A stretch of 63,817 bases of DNA, counting the filler, from an uncultured bacterium (GTDB lineage Bacteria; DAOPZR01): assembly GCA_964637655.1 (NCBI GenBank). It is 5 parts of 5 records of this genome, joined end to end, with 100 filler letters (N's around TTAATTAATTAA, not from the genome) between each part and the next. Parts side by side here need not be neighbours in the genome. Positions count along the whole stretch, not along the records: positions 1 to 12,953 come from CAZWUZ010000091.1; 4 more parts are not named here. One strand, 5' to 3'. Under the pieces are notes generated by a model that worked only from the letters and a program-made list of their open reading frames with translations, searched no databases and was not told where the DNA came from. The position numbers and the translations under genes are program-made. Shown here in pieces: positions 1-8,548 of the stretch. How positions within the stretch are numbered: the stretch's first letter is position 1; each line of letters starts with the position of its first letter.

Positions 1-657
1 CGTGATGAGGGTCATCTGCCGGGCGCGCAGTTTTTCGTAGAATGGCAGGCAGCGCGTGTCCGCCGGATCGATACCGTGCACGTTGGGGAGCCACTTGACC
101 ATGCGCGCCCCCGCCTCCGCGCAGCGGTCGAGTTCCGCCAGTGCGTCCCTGCGGTAGGGATGCACCGAAACGACCGGGATGATGATGTCAGGGTGCTGTC
201 GCGCCAGTTCGAGCACGCGATCGTTGGACACGTGGAGCGGACTGGCGGCGGTGTCGCAACTGCCGTCAGGGCGATAGACATGGTCGAACGCAAAAACGCA
301 GCCGCGCACCGGGAGGGGAAGCCCGCGCAGGCGCGCGATGAGCGTTGCCGCATACTGGCTGTCCGCCTCCGCTTCGTCGGTGACGCCGCCGGCACGCAGG
401 TAGGACTTGAAGCGCACCAGCGCCGCAGGGTGCCGCCACGAACGGAACTGCGGGTTGAGCCAGGTCCCCGTGTCCGTGCCGAGTCCCGCCAGATGCAGGT
501 GGCAATCGATAAGTGTCTCTCCCTGCAGGTCAGCGAGCGCGCGGTCGACCAGCGCCTGCGCTCCCGGCGTCAGCGCGCGCTCAGGGTCCGCACTGCGCCC
601 GGCTGTCAGCAGCATGCCCGCCAGTAGCAGCAACAGCAGCGGCCGGTACCGCTTCAT
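1..657 (-). CDS. Amidohydrolase-superfamily (amidohydro_2-like) metal-dependent hydrolase with signal peptide; 3' end truncated by window edge
   Basis: Not in the ORF track; translated by hand. ATG at 657 overlaps the lnt stop (ATGA). Sequence reads MKRYRPLLLLLLAGMLL...IDCHLHLAG (DxHxH metal motif)...SVHPYRRDALAELDRC...KWLPNVHGIDP. Confidence 0.8.
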   Translation of the reverse strand, partial: MKRYRPLLLLLLAGMLLTAGRSADPERALTPGAQALVDRALADLQGETLIDCHLHLAGLGTDTGTWLNPQFRSWRHPAALVRFKSYLRAGGVTDEAEADSQYAATLIARLRGLPLPVRGCVFAFDHVYRPDGSCDTAASPLHVSNDRVLELARQHPDIIIPVVSVHPYRRDALAELDRCAEAGARMVKWLPNVHGIDPADTRCLPFYEKLRARQMTLIT

Positions 658-2030
658 GATGCTACTCCCCGCCGCCGGCAGCCGGTCACCAGCAGCGCCA
701 GCAGATACCAGCCGGTGAGCGCGCCGCACAGCGGGCCGAGCGCCGCCATGCGGCTGCCCATGGCCTGCGCCCGCTCATGCCGGTAGCCGACCCGCACCCA
801 CCCCGCATCGCCGATCGCCACGCCTGCCGCTGACGGATAGCCGTGCGGATCGATGGCCTCACTCCGACCCGACGATACCGCGCGCAACAGCCAGCGCCCG
901 TTCTCCACCGCGCGCAGCCGGGCGAGCAGGCCGTGATGCATATGCTGCAGCACACCCCAGTGCATGGCGTCGTAGGTCGGGATGACCAGCAGCGTCGCAC
1001 CGGCACGGGTCAGGTCGGCGGCAACGTCCGGAGCGTCAGCGTCATAACAGATGGCGACACCCAGCACGCCGTCGGCGACGGGAAATACCGGACGGGTTTG
1101 CCCCGGGCGGCCGTCAAGCATCAGCGGCACCGGGTGCTGCTTGGGAAATGCACCGAGCAGCCCGCCGTGCCGGTCGAACACCGCCGCGACATTCTGAAAG
1201 TCGCTGCTGCCGTACCGCCCCTCGACTGCGCCTGCCACCACCGCGGCAGCGTAGCGCCGGGCCACGGCCGCCGGACCATCGGCAATCTGCCGCAGCGATG
1301 CGGGCGATTGGATCCACGCCAGTTCCGGAAAGACCACGAGGTCGGCTGACAAGGCAGGCAACTGACGCACTTGTGCCTGAGCACCGCCGTCTTCCGTCTG
1401 CACCAGCAGCGCGTGACGGTCAGGCGCGCCCGGCTGCGGCAGGACCAGCGCGCAAAGTGGCAGCAGACCGGTCAGCAACAGCCAGCGCCGGCGTCCGCAA
1501 ACGCCCAGCAGCAGGATGAACGTGGCCGCGAAGGACAGGCCATACGTTCCCAGCCAGCGCACTGAAGCAATCCACGCGGGTGACTGCGCCAGTGCATGCG
1601 GGATGGTATACCAGGCAAACGGCAGCCAGGGACCTTCGCCACGCCACCATTCGATGCCGACCGCAAAACCAGCCACCGCCAGCGCCCGCAGCAGCACCGG
1701 CAGCGTCCGCGTCGTTGCCAGCAGGTGCCCCAGCAGGCCGTGATAAAAGGCAAACACCCCGATCAGCGATATGGCCGCAAAACCGAACAGCCCGAACAGC
1801 CAGTGCATGGTGCTGGTACCGTAGGCGAGACCGAAAAGCAGCGCGGCATTGCGCGCCCGTTCTGCCGGGTAAGCATGTATTCGCCAGTAGAGTATGCCGT
1901 AGGCCGCCACGATTGCGGGATACCAGCCGACCGGCGGAAACGCCAGGCCTCCGAGTACGCCGGCCAACAGCATGAGCAGCGCATCACTGCCGCTCACCCC
2001 AAAGCGCAACGTTCCGCTCAGCGTGCGCAT
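654..2030 (-). CDS. lnt: Apolipoprotein N-acyltransferase (Lnt)-like membrane nitrilase
   Basis: N-terminal TM helices, PWLPFAW motif, and CN-hydrolase triad motifs FPE, PKQHPVP, ICYD, plus RLRAVENGRWLLRAVSSG. Confidence 0.85.
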   Translation of the reverse strand: MRTLSGTLRFGVSGSDALLMLLAGVLGGLAFPPVGWYPAIVAAYGILYWRIHAYPAERARNAALLFGLAYGTSTMHWLFGLFGFAAISLIGVFAFYHGLLGHLLATTRTLPVLLRALAVAGFAVGIEWWRGEGPWLPFAWYTIPHALAQSPAWIASVRWLGTYGLSFAATFILLLGVCGRRRWLLLTGLLPLCALVLPQPGAPDRHALLVQTEDGGAQAQVRQLPALSADLVVFPELAWIQSPASLRQIADGPAAVARRYAAAVVAGAVEGRYGSSDFQNVAAVFDRHGGLLGAFPKQHPVPLMLDGRPGQTRPVFPVADGVLGVAICYDADAPDVAADLTRAGATLLVIPTYDAMHWGVLQHMHHGLLARLRAVENGRWLLRAVSSGRSEAIDPHGYPSAAGVAIGDAGWVRVGYRHERAQAMGSRMAALGPLCGALTGWYLLALLVTGCRRRGVAS

Positions 2031-2167
2031 AACCGATAGCCGGCGTACGCCGTCACCGCCAGCGACAGGTAGCGCGCCGCCACCAGCATCAGCTGCTGCC
2101 CGGCCGCCACGCCTGCCTGCCAGTGCATCGCGATATCCGTGCTATTCAGTGCGTTGAGTGTCGTCAT
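2018..2167 (-). CDS. Small (49 aa) hydrophobic protein, first gene of the sigma-54 operon
   Basis: Strong RBS AGGAGGT upstream of ATG 2167. MTTLNALNS...LSLAVTAYAGYRLCAR. The stop overlaps the lnt start region. Confidence 0.6.
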   Translation of the reverse strand: MTTLNALNSTDIAMHWQAGVAAGQQLMLVAARYLSLAVTAYAGYRLCAR

Positions 2168-2192
2168 CGTCGCACCTCCTGCCACTACATAG

Positions 2193-2208
2193 AGCGACAA
2201 CGATGCCA
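2193..2208 (-). promoter_or_regulatory. Sigma-54 (-24/-12) promoter
   Basis: Minus strand reads TGGCATCGTTGTCGCT = GG-N10-GC. It lies 25 nt upstream of ATG 2167, is divergent from a GAFTGA activator, and has an AT-rich tract (2221-2310) upstream. Confidence 0.7.
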
Positions 2209-2313
2209 CTCGACACCCGATTATATATGCCGATATTATTGGTTATATATTTGTTTATGAAACTTATATGAATTTCTATTGACATTCCTTGTATATTGTG
2301 GTACATATTTTGT

Positions 2314-3783
2314 ATGCTTGGGTTGGATGGTAAACAGCGTGAATTCTTTGCCGGGATCAGTGAGGCAGCCTTTGCCAACCCGTTCAGCCGCACGCGCCAC
2401 CAGCTCGACACCGCGCTCGCCGGACTGCCGCCTGATGCCCCCCTCGAAACCACCATCACCGCGCTCGAGCAGCGCATCCGCCGCGACATAGAATCGCTCT
2501 TCGCCGCCGAGGCCGCCGATCTGCGGCAGTACACCGGGCGCGACCGCGACCTGCTGCGCACCGCGCTCCTCTTCTCCTTTTTCCACCGCTTCGCCCCCGA
2601 CCTCGATGCGCATATCCGCGCGCAGCTCGCCGCCGGCGACGTCCCCGTGCCGCTCGCCTGTGCCGATGCCATCCTCGACCTGCTGAGGCGCTGCGGTTTT
2701 GCCCGCGACGAGGCGCTGCACTGTCTCGCCCTCTTCTGGCAGCTGCGTCGCGCCTTCTGGTTCATCCGCGAGCGCATCCTCGGGGACACTCCGTCCCTGC
2801 GGGCGCTGCGCGAGCAGTTATGGAACAACGTCTTTACCGCCGACCGCCTCGCCTACGATCGCCATCTCTGGCAGCGCATGGAGCAGTTCTCGACACTGAT
2901 CATCGGGGAAACGGGCACCGGGAAAGGGGCCGCCGCCGCCGCGCTCGGCGGCTCGGGGTTCATCCCCTTCGACGCGCGCCGCGGCTGCTTCAGCGAGAGT
3001 TTCACCCGCAGTTTCGTCAGTGCCAACCTTTCGCAGTATCCCGCCACGCTCATCGAGGCGGAACTCTTCGGCTACCGCAAGGGGGCGTTCACCGGGGCCA
3101 TCGCCGATTACGACGGGCTCTTTGCCCGCTGCTCACCCTGCGGCGCGGTCTTTCTCGACGAAATCGGCGACCTGCCCGCCGCTCTGCAGGTCAAACTGCT
3201 CACTGTCATCGAGTCGCGCGCCTTCTCCCCGCTGGGGAGCCGCGAAATATTGCGCTTTTCCGGGCGGCTCATTGTCGCCACCCACCGCCCGCTGAACGAA
3301 CTGCGTGCGCAGGGCGCCTTCCGTGACGATTTCTATTATCGCCTCTGCTCGGATGTCATCACCATCCCGACGCTGCGCGCCCGCCTCGCGGAGAACCCGC
3401 GGGAGCTCGACACGCTGGTGACCGCGCTGGTAACGCGCCTGGCCGGAAGCGAGGCGCCCGAACTGACCGCGCGCGTGCTTGCCGCGCTGCAGTTCCTCCC
3501 TGCCGGCTATCACTGGCCGGGCAACGTGCGCGAACTGGAGCAGGCGGTACGCCGCGTCCTGCTCACCGGCGCCTATATGCCCGACGCTGCCGCCCCGCCG
3601 CCCGATGCCGACAGTGCCTTCCTCGCGCAGGTCGCCGCCGGCACCCTCGACAATGACTCCCTCCTTTCCGGCTACGCCGCCCTGCTCCACCGCCGCTGCG
3701 GCACCTATGAGGAAGTCGCCCGCCGCCTCAAAGTCGACCGCCGCACCGCCAGAAAAAGGGCCACAAGGAAGGGGCCATACTGA
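2314..3783 (+). CDS. Sigma-54-dependent transcriptional activator (bEBP, AAA+) with uncharacterised N-terminal domain and C-terminal HTH
   Basis: GETGTGKG Walker A, ELFGYRKGAFTGA, VFLDEIGDL, FRDDFYYRL, WPGNVRELEQ, C-terminal HTH. Start is uncertain (GTG 2296 or ATG 2314). Confidence 0.9.
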   Translation: MLGLDGKQREFFAGISEAAFANPFSRTRHQLDTALAGLPPDAPLETTITALEQRIRRDIESLFAAEAADLRQYTGRDRDLLRTALLFSFFHRFAPDLDAHIRAQLAAGDVPVPLACADAILDLLRRCGFARDEALHCLALFWQLRRAFWFIRERILGDTPSLRALREQLWNNVFTADRLAYDRHLWQRMEQFSTLIIGETGTGKGAAAAALGGSGFIPFDARRGCFSESFTRSFVSANLSQYPATLIEAELFGYRKGAFTGAIADYDGLFARCSPCGAVFLDEIGDLPAALQVKLLTVIESRAFSPLGSREILRFSGRLIVATHRPLNELRAQGAFRDDFYYRLCSDVITIPTLRARLAENPRELDTLVTALVTRLAGSEAPELTARVLAALQFLPAGYHWPGNVRELEQAVRRVLLTGAYMPDAAAPPPDADSAFLAQVAAGTLDNDSLLSGYAALLHRRCGTYEEVARRLKVDRRTARKRATRKGPY

Positions 3784-3969
3784 CACATTGACACATGTTA
3801 TCCACAATTCTATCCACAATTGATATGCGGCACTATTGCTTCATTTCCATTGCATTACGCAACCCGTGAATACTTTGGTAATATTTATCCGGGCCGGTGA
3901 AGCAGCGGTTATCAGAAAATGTGGATAACTTTGTGGATAACATGTGTCAATGTGTCAGTATGGCCCCTT
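3769..3969. repeat. 39-bp perfect inverted repeat (3769-3807 / 3931-3969) containing DnaA-box motifs
   Basis: AAGGGGCCATACTGACACATTGACACATGTTATCCACAA and its exact reverse complement. TTATCCACA at 3798, CTATCCACA at 3810, TGTGGATAA at 3920 and 3932. Imperfect extension to about 3751/3986. Confidence 0.9.
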
Positions 3970-3987
3970 TTCCGGCCCCTTTTCTTG

Positions 3988-3996
3988 TGCTACAAT
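3988..3996 (+). promoter_or_regulatory. Extended -10 promoter (TGcTACAAT) for pfkB, probably leaderless
   Basis: TGCTACAAT followed by 7 nt then ATG 4004; no SD sequence. Confidence 0.55.
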
Positions 3997-4003
3997 CGGC
4001 GGC

Positions 4004-4921
4004 ATGGCAATGATTACGGTGGTCGGGAACCTGAACTGCGATATCAGTGCGCGGCTGGCGCAGGATGACATACGCGAAGAGAACCGCGTGGCGGCGTACG
4101 CGCTCGGCATCGGCGGGACAGCGGCCAACACCGCCATCCATCTGGCGCGGCTCGGGGCTGAGGTCGCGCTGGCCGGCGCGGTGGGCAAAGACCTGCTCGG
4201 CGATTTTCTCTTCACGCAACTGGCGGGCGAGGGAATCAGCACGCGCGCCATCGTCCGGCGCGATGTCCCCACCGGCCTCTGTTTCGCCGCGGTCACCCCT
4301 GACGCACAGCGCCTCCTCTTCACCCACCGCGGCGCCAACGAGCAGCCATTGCCGCCGCTTTCCACCGCCGCTCCCTTCGTCCATTTCGCCGGCATCCGCC
4401 CGGCCCTGCTCCTCCCGCTGCTCGAACCGCTCGCCGCGGAAACCGTCATCACCTACTGCCCGGGCGCTTTAGCTACGCGCGAGCATCCGGAAGAGGTGCT
4501 GGCACTTGTGCCACGCCTGCGCCATCTCTTCCTCAATGAGCCGGAAGCCGACCTGCTGGCCCGCTGCGGCACGCTCCCCGATACCATCACGGTCATCACC
4601 CACGGCGCGCTCGGCGCGGAGGTGAAAGGGGGGGCGATGGCCTCCCCCCCGTCGGTAGACGCAGTTGACACCACCGGCGCAGGCGACGCGTTCAACGCCG
4701 GTTTCCTCTGCGCCCTGCTGCGCGACGCTCCGGCAGAGACCGCACTGGCGCTCGGCAACGCCCTCGGCGCGCTCATCAGCAGCCGGCATGGCGCCACCCC
4801 CGCCTGGCGTATCGCCGAACTGCAACCACTGCTGGCTCATTCACCCGAAGCGCTCCCCCTGCTTGAAGATGTCGCCGGCGAGTCCGCCCCGTCTTTGACT
4901 TTCCCCCGCGCTCTGCTATAA
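4004..4921 (+). CDS. PfkB/ribokinase-family carbohydrate kinase
   Basis: ITVVGNLNCD, GGTAANTAIHLARLG, GAVGKDLLG, VDTTGAGDAFNAG signatures. Confidence 0.92.
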   Translation: MAMITVVGNLNCDISARLAQDDIREENRVAAYALGIGGTAANTAIHLARLGAEVALAGAVGKDLLGDFLFTQLAGEGISTRAIVRRDVPTGLCFAAVTPDAQRLLFTHRGANEQPLPPLSTAAPFVHFAGIRPALLLPLLEPLAAETVITYCPGALATREHPEEVLALVPRLRHLFLNEPEADLLARCGTLPDTITVITHGALGAEVKGGAMASPPSVDAVDTTGAGDAFNAGFLCALLRDAPAETALALGNALGALISSRHGATPAWRIAELQPLLAHSPEALPLLEDVAGESAPSLTFPRALL

Positions 4922-4922
4922 T
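4895..4922 (+). promoter_or_regulatory. Sigma-70-type promoter for the GAF-GGDEF gene
   Basis: TTGACT-16 nt-TATAAT with TG extension; GGAGG RBS before GTG 4952. Confidence 0.6.
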
Positions 4923-4951
4923 CAAGCTGCCACAACGGCGGAGGGACGCAC

Positions 4952-5938
4952 GTGTTCAACCACCTGGAAGCGCTCTGTTCGATCATCGACAAGCTGACCA
5001 AACAGGAGAGTGCACGCGGCACCATTCACGCGCTGCTCTACACGCTGCGCAAGCAGGGGGCAAGCGCCGCCTTCGTCGCGGTCAAGGACCGCACCACGGA
5101 CACCCTGCGCATCGTCAACCAGGTGGAATTGTCAGAAACCGTGCGCCGCTCATTCACCCGCGGCGTCGGGACGGGGGTCATCGGGCGCGTCTTCATGGAG
5201 ACCGACGCGCTGATCGTAACGAAAGCCACCGACCCCGAGGGGTACAAGGAGCTGCTGCTCGCCGGCCCCTATGGCGCCGCGTTCGTCGCGCGCATCGCCG
5301 ACGAGGGGCGCGCCTTCGGCGTCCTCGTCGTCTATTTTGCCGGCGCGGACGCGCTCGACAGCGCGGCCTGCGGCTGCCTGCAGGCAGCGGCCAACCTCTG
5401 CACACTGGCGCTCGAGCGCGAGCGTAACAGCCAGCTGCTTGGCGACCTGCGCCAGGTCAATCCCGACACCGGGCTGCTCTACTACCACTACTTCCACAAG
5501 CGGCTGCACGACGAATTCGCCAAGGCGACGCGCTACCGGCAGGAACTCGCGCTCGCGGTCATCGACATCGATAATTACAAAGAGGCGATGCGCCGGCGCG
5601 GCGCCCCCTGCGGCATCGCCCTGTGCAGCGCCGTCATCGCCGAACTGCGCGCCTGCACCCGCGGTATCGACGTCATCGCCCACTTCGGCATCGACGAATT
5701 CATCATCTACCTGCCGCACACCGACCGCAAGGGCGCGGACATCGTCCTCAAGCGTTTCCAGCAGCGTCTGAAAAACAAGGAATTCACCGACAAAAAGATC
5801 GCCACCTCGGCCTCGATCGGCCTGACGACGCGCCAGGACGGCGTGTCGTTCGAACAGTTCCTGCAGGACTGCCAGATCGCCCTCGCCGAGGCCAAGCGCG
5901 CGGGCAACGGGGCACTGCGCCACCACGCCTCGGCGTAG
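4952..5938 (+). CDS. GAF + GGDEF-domain protein with degenerate active site (GIDEF)
   Basis: GAF (VGTGVIGRVF...FGVLVVY), then NPDTGLLY, IDIDNYK, RGIDVIAHFGIDEF, TSASIG, ALAEAKRAG. Confidence 0.85.
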   Translation: MFNHLEALCSIIDKLTKQESARGTIHALLYTLRKQGASAAFVAVKDRTTDTLRIVNQVELSETVRRSFTRGVGTGVIGRVFMETDALIVTKATDPEGYKELLLAGPYGAAFVARIADEGRAFGVLVVYFAGADALDSAACGCLQAAANLCTLALERERNSQLLGDLRQVNPDTGLLYYHYFHKRLHDEFAKATRYRQELALAVIDIDNYKEAMRRRGAPCGIALCSAVIAELRACTRGIDVIAHFGIDEFIIYLPHTDRKGADIVLKRFQQRLKNKEFTDKKIATSASIGLTTRQDGVSFEQFLQDCQIALAEAKRAGNGALRHHASA

Positions 5939-5940
5939 CG

Positions 5941-6668
5941 TCAGCGGCGCAGCAGCAGGAAAAACTCCCGGTTGCCGTCAGCGCCGGGGAGCGGTGACGG
6001 CACCGTCCGCTGCTGCGTCCAGCCCAGCGCCTGCGCCGCCGCCGCCACGGCGTCCACCGCCGCCTGTCGTACCGCCTCATCCCGCACGACACCCCCGTCA
6101 CCAACCTGTTCTTTCGGCGCCTCGAACTGCGGCTTGACCAGCAGCAGCATGCTGCCATCCGGCCGCACCTGCGCCGTCAGCGCGGGGAGCACCGTCCGCA
6201 ACGAAATGAACGACAGGTCGGCCGTCACCAGGTCGAACGGTTCCCCGAAATCGCCCGCGACAGCATGACGCAGGTTGTTGTTCTCGACGACCGTCACGCG
6301 CGCGTCATTTCGCAATTTCTGCGCCAGTTGTGCGCGCCCGACATCGGCAGCCACGACGTGCGTCGCGCCGCGCTGCAGCAGGCAGTCGGTAAACCCGCCC
6401 GTTGATGCCCCGGCATCGAGCACGCGCAGCCCGCGCACATCGAGTGCCAGCGCGTCAAGCGCCCCGGCGAGTTTGACCCCGCCGCGGCTGACATAGGGGA
6501 GCGGCATTTTTTCAGGCGGATGGCTGCGTCAACGGGCACCAGTGCCCCGCAGGCGGTAATCCGCTGCTCGGCAACCAGCACGTTACCGGCGAGCACCTGC
6601 GCCTGCGCGGTTTTGAGATCGGGCGCCAACCCGCGGGCAAGCACCAGCGCGTCAAGCCGCTGTTTCAC
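5941..6668 (-). CDS. tlyA: TlyA rRNA 2'-O-methyltransferase, split by a 1-nt frameshift near 6507-6512
   Basis: S4 domain MKQRLDALV... (start 6668) is in one frame and YVSRGGVKL, DAGASTGGFTDCLLQRGA, KPQFEA, GNREF in another. The shift falls at an A6 run. Confidence 0.88.
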
Positions 6669-6679
6669 TGATGGCTGCT

Positions 6680-8548
6680 TCAGGGTATGGCGTTGCGGGC
6701 GGCGGCAGCGATACCGGCGGCATCGAGCCCGTAGCGGGCAAAGAGCTGTGCCGGGGTGCCATGCTCGATGAACTTGTCGGGGAAACCGAGGTTGACGATG
6801 CGGCGGTCACCCAGATGGTGGCGCAGCAGCAGTTCATTGACCGCGCTGCCGAAACCGCCGGCAACAACATGGTTTTCCACCGTCACGATGACGCGGTGGA
6901 GTCGTGCCTGCGCCAGCAGCAGCACCTCGTCGAGCGGCTTGACCGTGCGCGCGATGATGACCGTCGCGCTCACCTTCTTCTCCGCCAGCAGGTCAGCCGC
7001 CTCCTCCGCTGCGCGCACGCGGTCGCCGATGGCCAGCAGCAGCACGTCCCTGCCCGCGCGCCGCATCTGCGCCCCCGGCAGCTGCAGCGGCGCTGCCGCG
7101 GCAATATCGATGCCCAGCCCGGCGCCGCGCGGGTAGCGGATGGCGACGGGGCGGTTCTGCGCCAGCGCCCACTCGAGCATGCGCACCATCTCACCCTCAT
7201 CGGCGGGCGCGAGCACCAGCAGGTTGGGAATATGGCGCAGGTAGGCGAAATCGAACACCCCCTGATGCGTTTCCCCGTCGTCGCCGACGATGCCGCCACG
7301 GTCAAGCGCAAAGATTACCGGCAGTCCGGGCAGGCAGACATCGTGCACAACGTTGTCATAGGAGCGCTGCAGGAAGGTCGAGTAGATGGCCACCACGGGG
7401 CGCAGCCCGCTCGCCGCCAGCCCGGCGGCAAACGTCACCGCGTGGCTTTCAGCGATGCCGACATCGATGAACCGCTCCGGGTAGGCAGCCGCGAACTTGT
7501 TGAGTCCCGTGCCGTCCGGCATCGCCGCGGTGATGGCGACCACGCGCGGGTCGCGCGCCGCAATCGCGCAGAGCGCGTCGCCGAACACCTGCGTGTACGC
7601 CGGCGGTCCGCCGGCGCTCTTGACCTCACCGGTGGCGGGATCGAACGGCCCCACCCCGTGGAAGCGCGTCGGATGCTGCTCGGCGTGACGGTAGCCACAC
7701 CCCTTGGTGGTGATAACATGCAGCAGCAGCGGCCCGGGCAGATTGCGGCACTGCTGCAGCATCTCGACCAGCGGCGCCAGGCGGTGCCCGTCGATGGGCC
7801 CGAGGTAGCGGAAACCGAATTCCTCGAACAGCGTCTTGGGCACCACCAGGTGCTTGAGCGACGCTTCGATGCGCTTGGTCAGCCGGTACCCCTTCTGCCC
7901 GACGTTGGGGATGCGCTTGACCAGTTCCTCGACATCGTCGCGAAACTTGTTGTAGACGGGGGCGACCAGCAGGCGGTTGAGATACTGCGACAGCGCCCCG
8001 ACATTCGGGGCGATGGACATCTCGTTGTCGTTGAGAATGACCAGCAGGTTATCGCCGCTCTGCCCCTCGTTGTTGAGCGCTTCGAGCGCGACCCCTGACC
8101 CGAGCGACCCGTCGCCGATGACGGCAATCGCCTTCCCCGGCTCACCCTTGATGCGCTTGGCGCGGGCGATGCCGGCGGCGGCGGATATCGAGGTCGAGGC
8201 ATGCCCCGTCTCGAACGCGTCGTACGGGCTTTCCGCGCGCTTGGGGAAGCCCGACAACCCGTCGAGCTGGCGCAGCGTCGGGAAGCGCTCGCGCCGCCCG
8301 GTGAGAATCTTGTGCACGTAGGACTGATGCCCGACATCCCAGACGAGGCGGTCGACGAGCAGGTCGAAGACGAAATGCAGCGCGATGGTCAGTTCCACCG
8401 CCCCGAGATTGGACGCAAGATGCCCCCCCGTCTGCGCCACGCTATGGACGAGGAACTCGCGGATCTCGTCCGCCAGCTGCACCAGTTCGTCGGGACTGAG
8501 CCGCTTGAGGTCAGCGGGGCTGTTGACCCGTTCGAGCAGCGCCATCAT
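6680..8548 (-). CDS. dxs: 1-deoxy-D-xylulose-5-phosphate synthase
   Basis: GGHLASNLGAVELT, WDVGHQSYVHK, GHASTSISAA, GDGS...LNDN, DVGIAESHAV, DGETHQG. The start overlaps the ispA stop. Confidence 0.97.
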   Translation of the reverse strand: MMALLERVNSPADLKRLSPDELVQLADEIREFLVHSVAQTGGHLASNLGAVELTIALHFVFDLLVDRLVWDVGHQSYVHKILTGRRERFPTLRQLDGLSGFPKRAESPYDAFETGHASTSISAAAGIARAKRIKGEPGKAIAVIGDGSLGSGVALEALNNEGQSGDNLLVILNDNEMSIAPNVGALSQYLNRLLVAPVYNKFRDDVEELVKRIPNVGQKGYRLTKRIEASLKHLVVPKTLFEEFGFRYLGPIDGHRLAPLVEMLQQCRNLPGPLLLHVITTKGCGYRHAEQHPTRFHGVGPFDPATGEVKSAGGPPAYTQVFGDALCAIAARDPRVVAITAAMPDGTGLNKFAAAYPERFIDVGIAESHAVTFAAGLAASGLRPVVAIYSTFLQRSYDNVVHDVCLPGLPVIFALDRGGIVGDDGETHQGVFDFAYLRHIPNLLVLAPADEGEMVRMLEWALAQNRPVAIRYPRGAGLGIDIAAAAPLQLPGAQMRRAGRDVLLLAIGDRVRAAEEAADLLAEKKVSATVIIARTVKPLDEVLLLAQARLHRVIVTVENHVVAGGFGSAVNELLLRHHLGDRRIVNLGFPDKFIEHGTPAQLFARYGLDAAGIAAAARNAIP

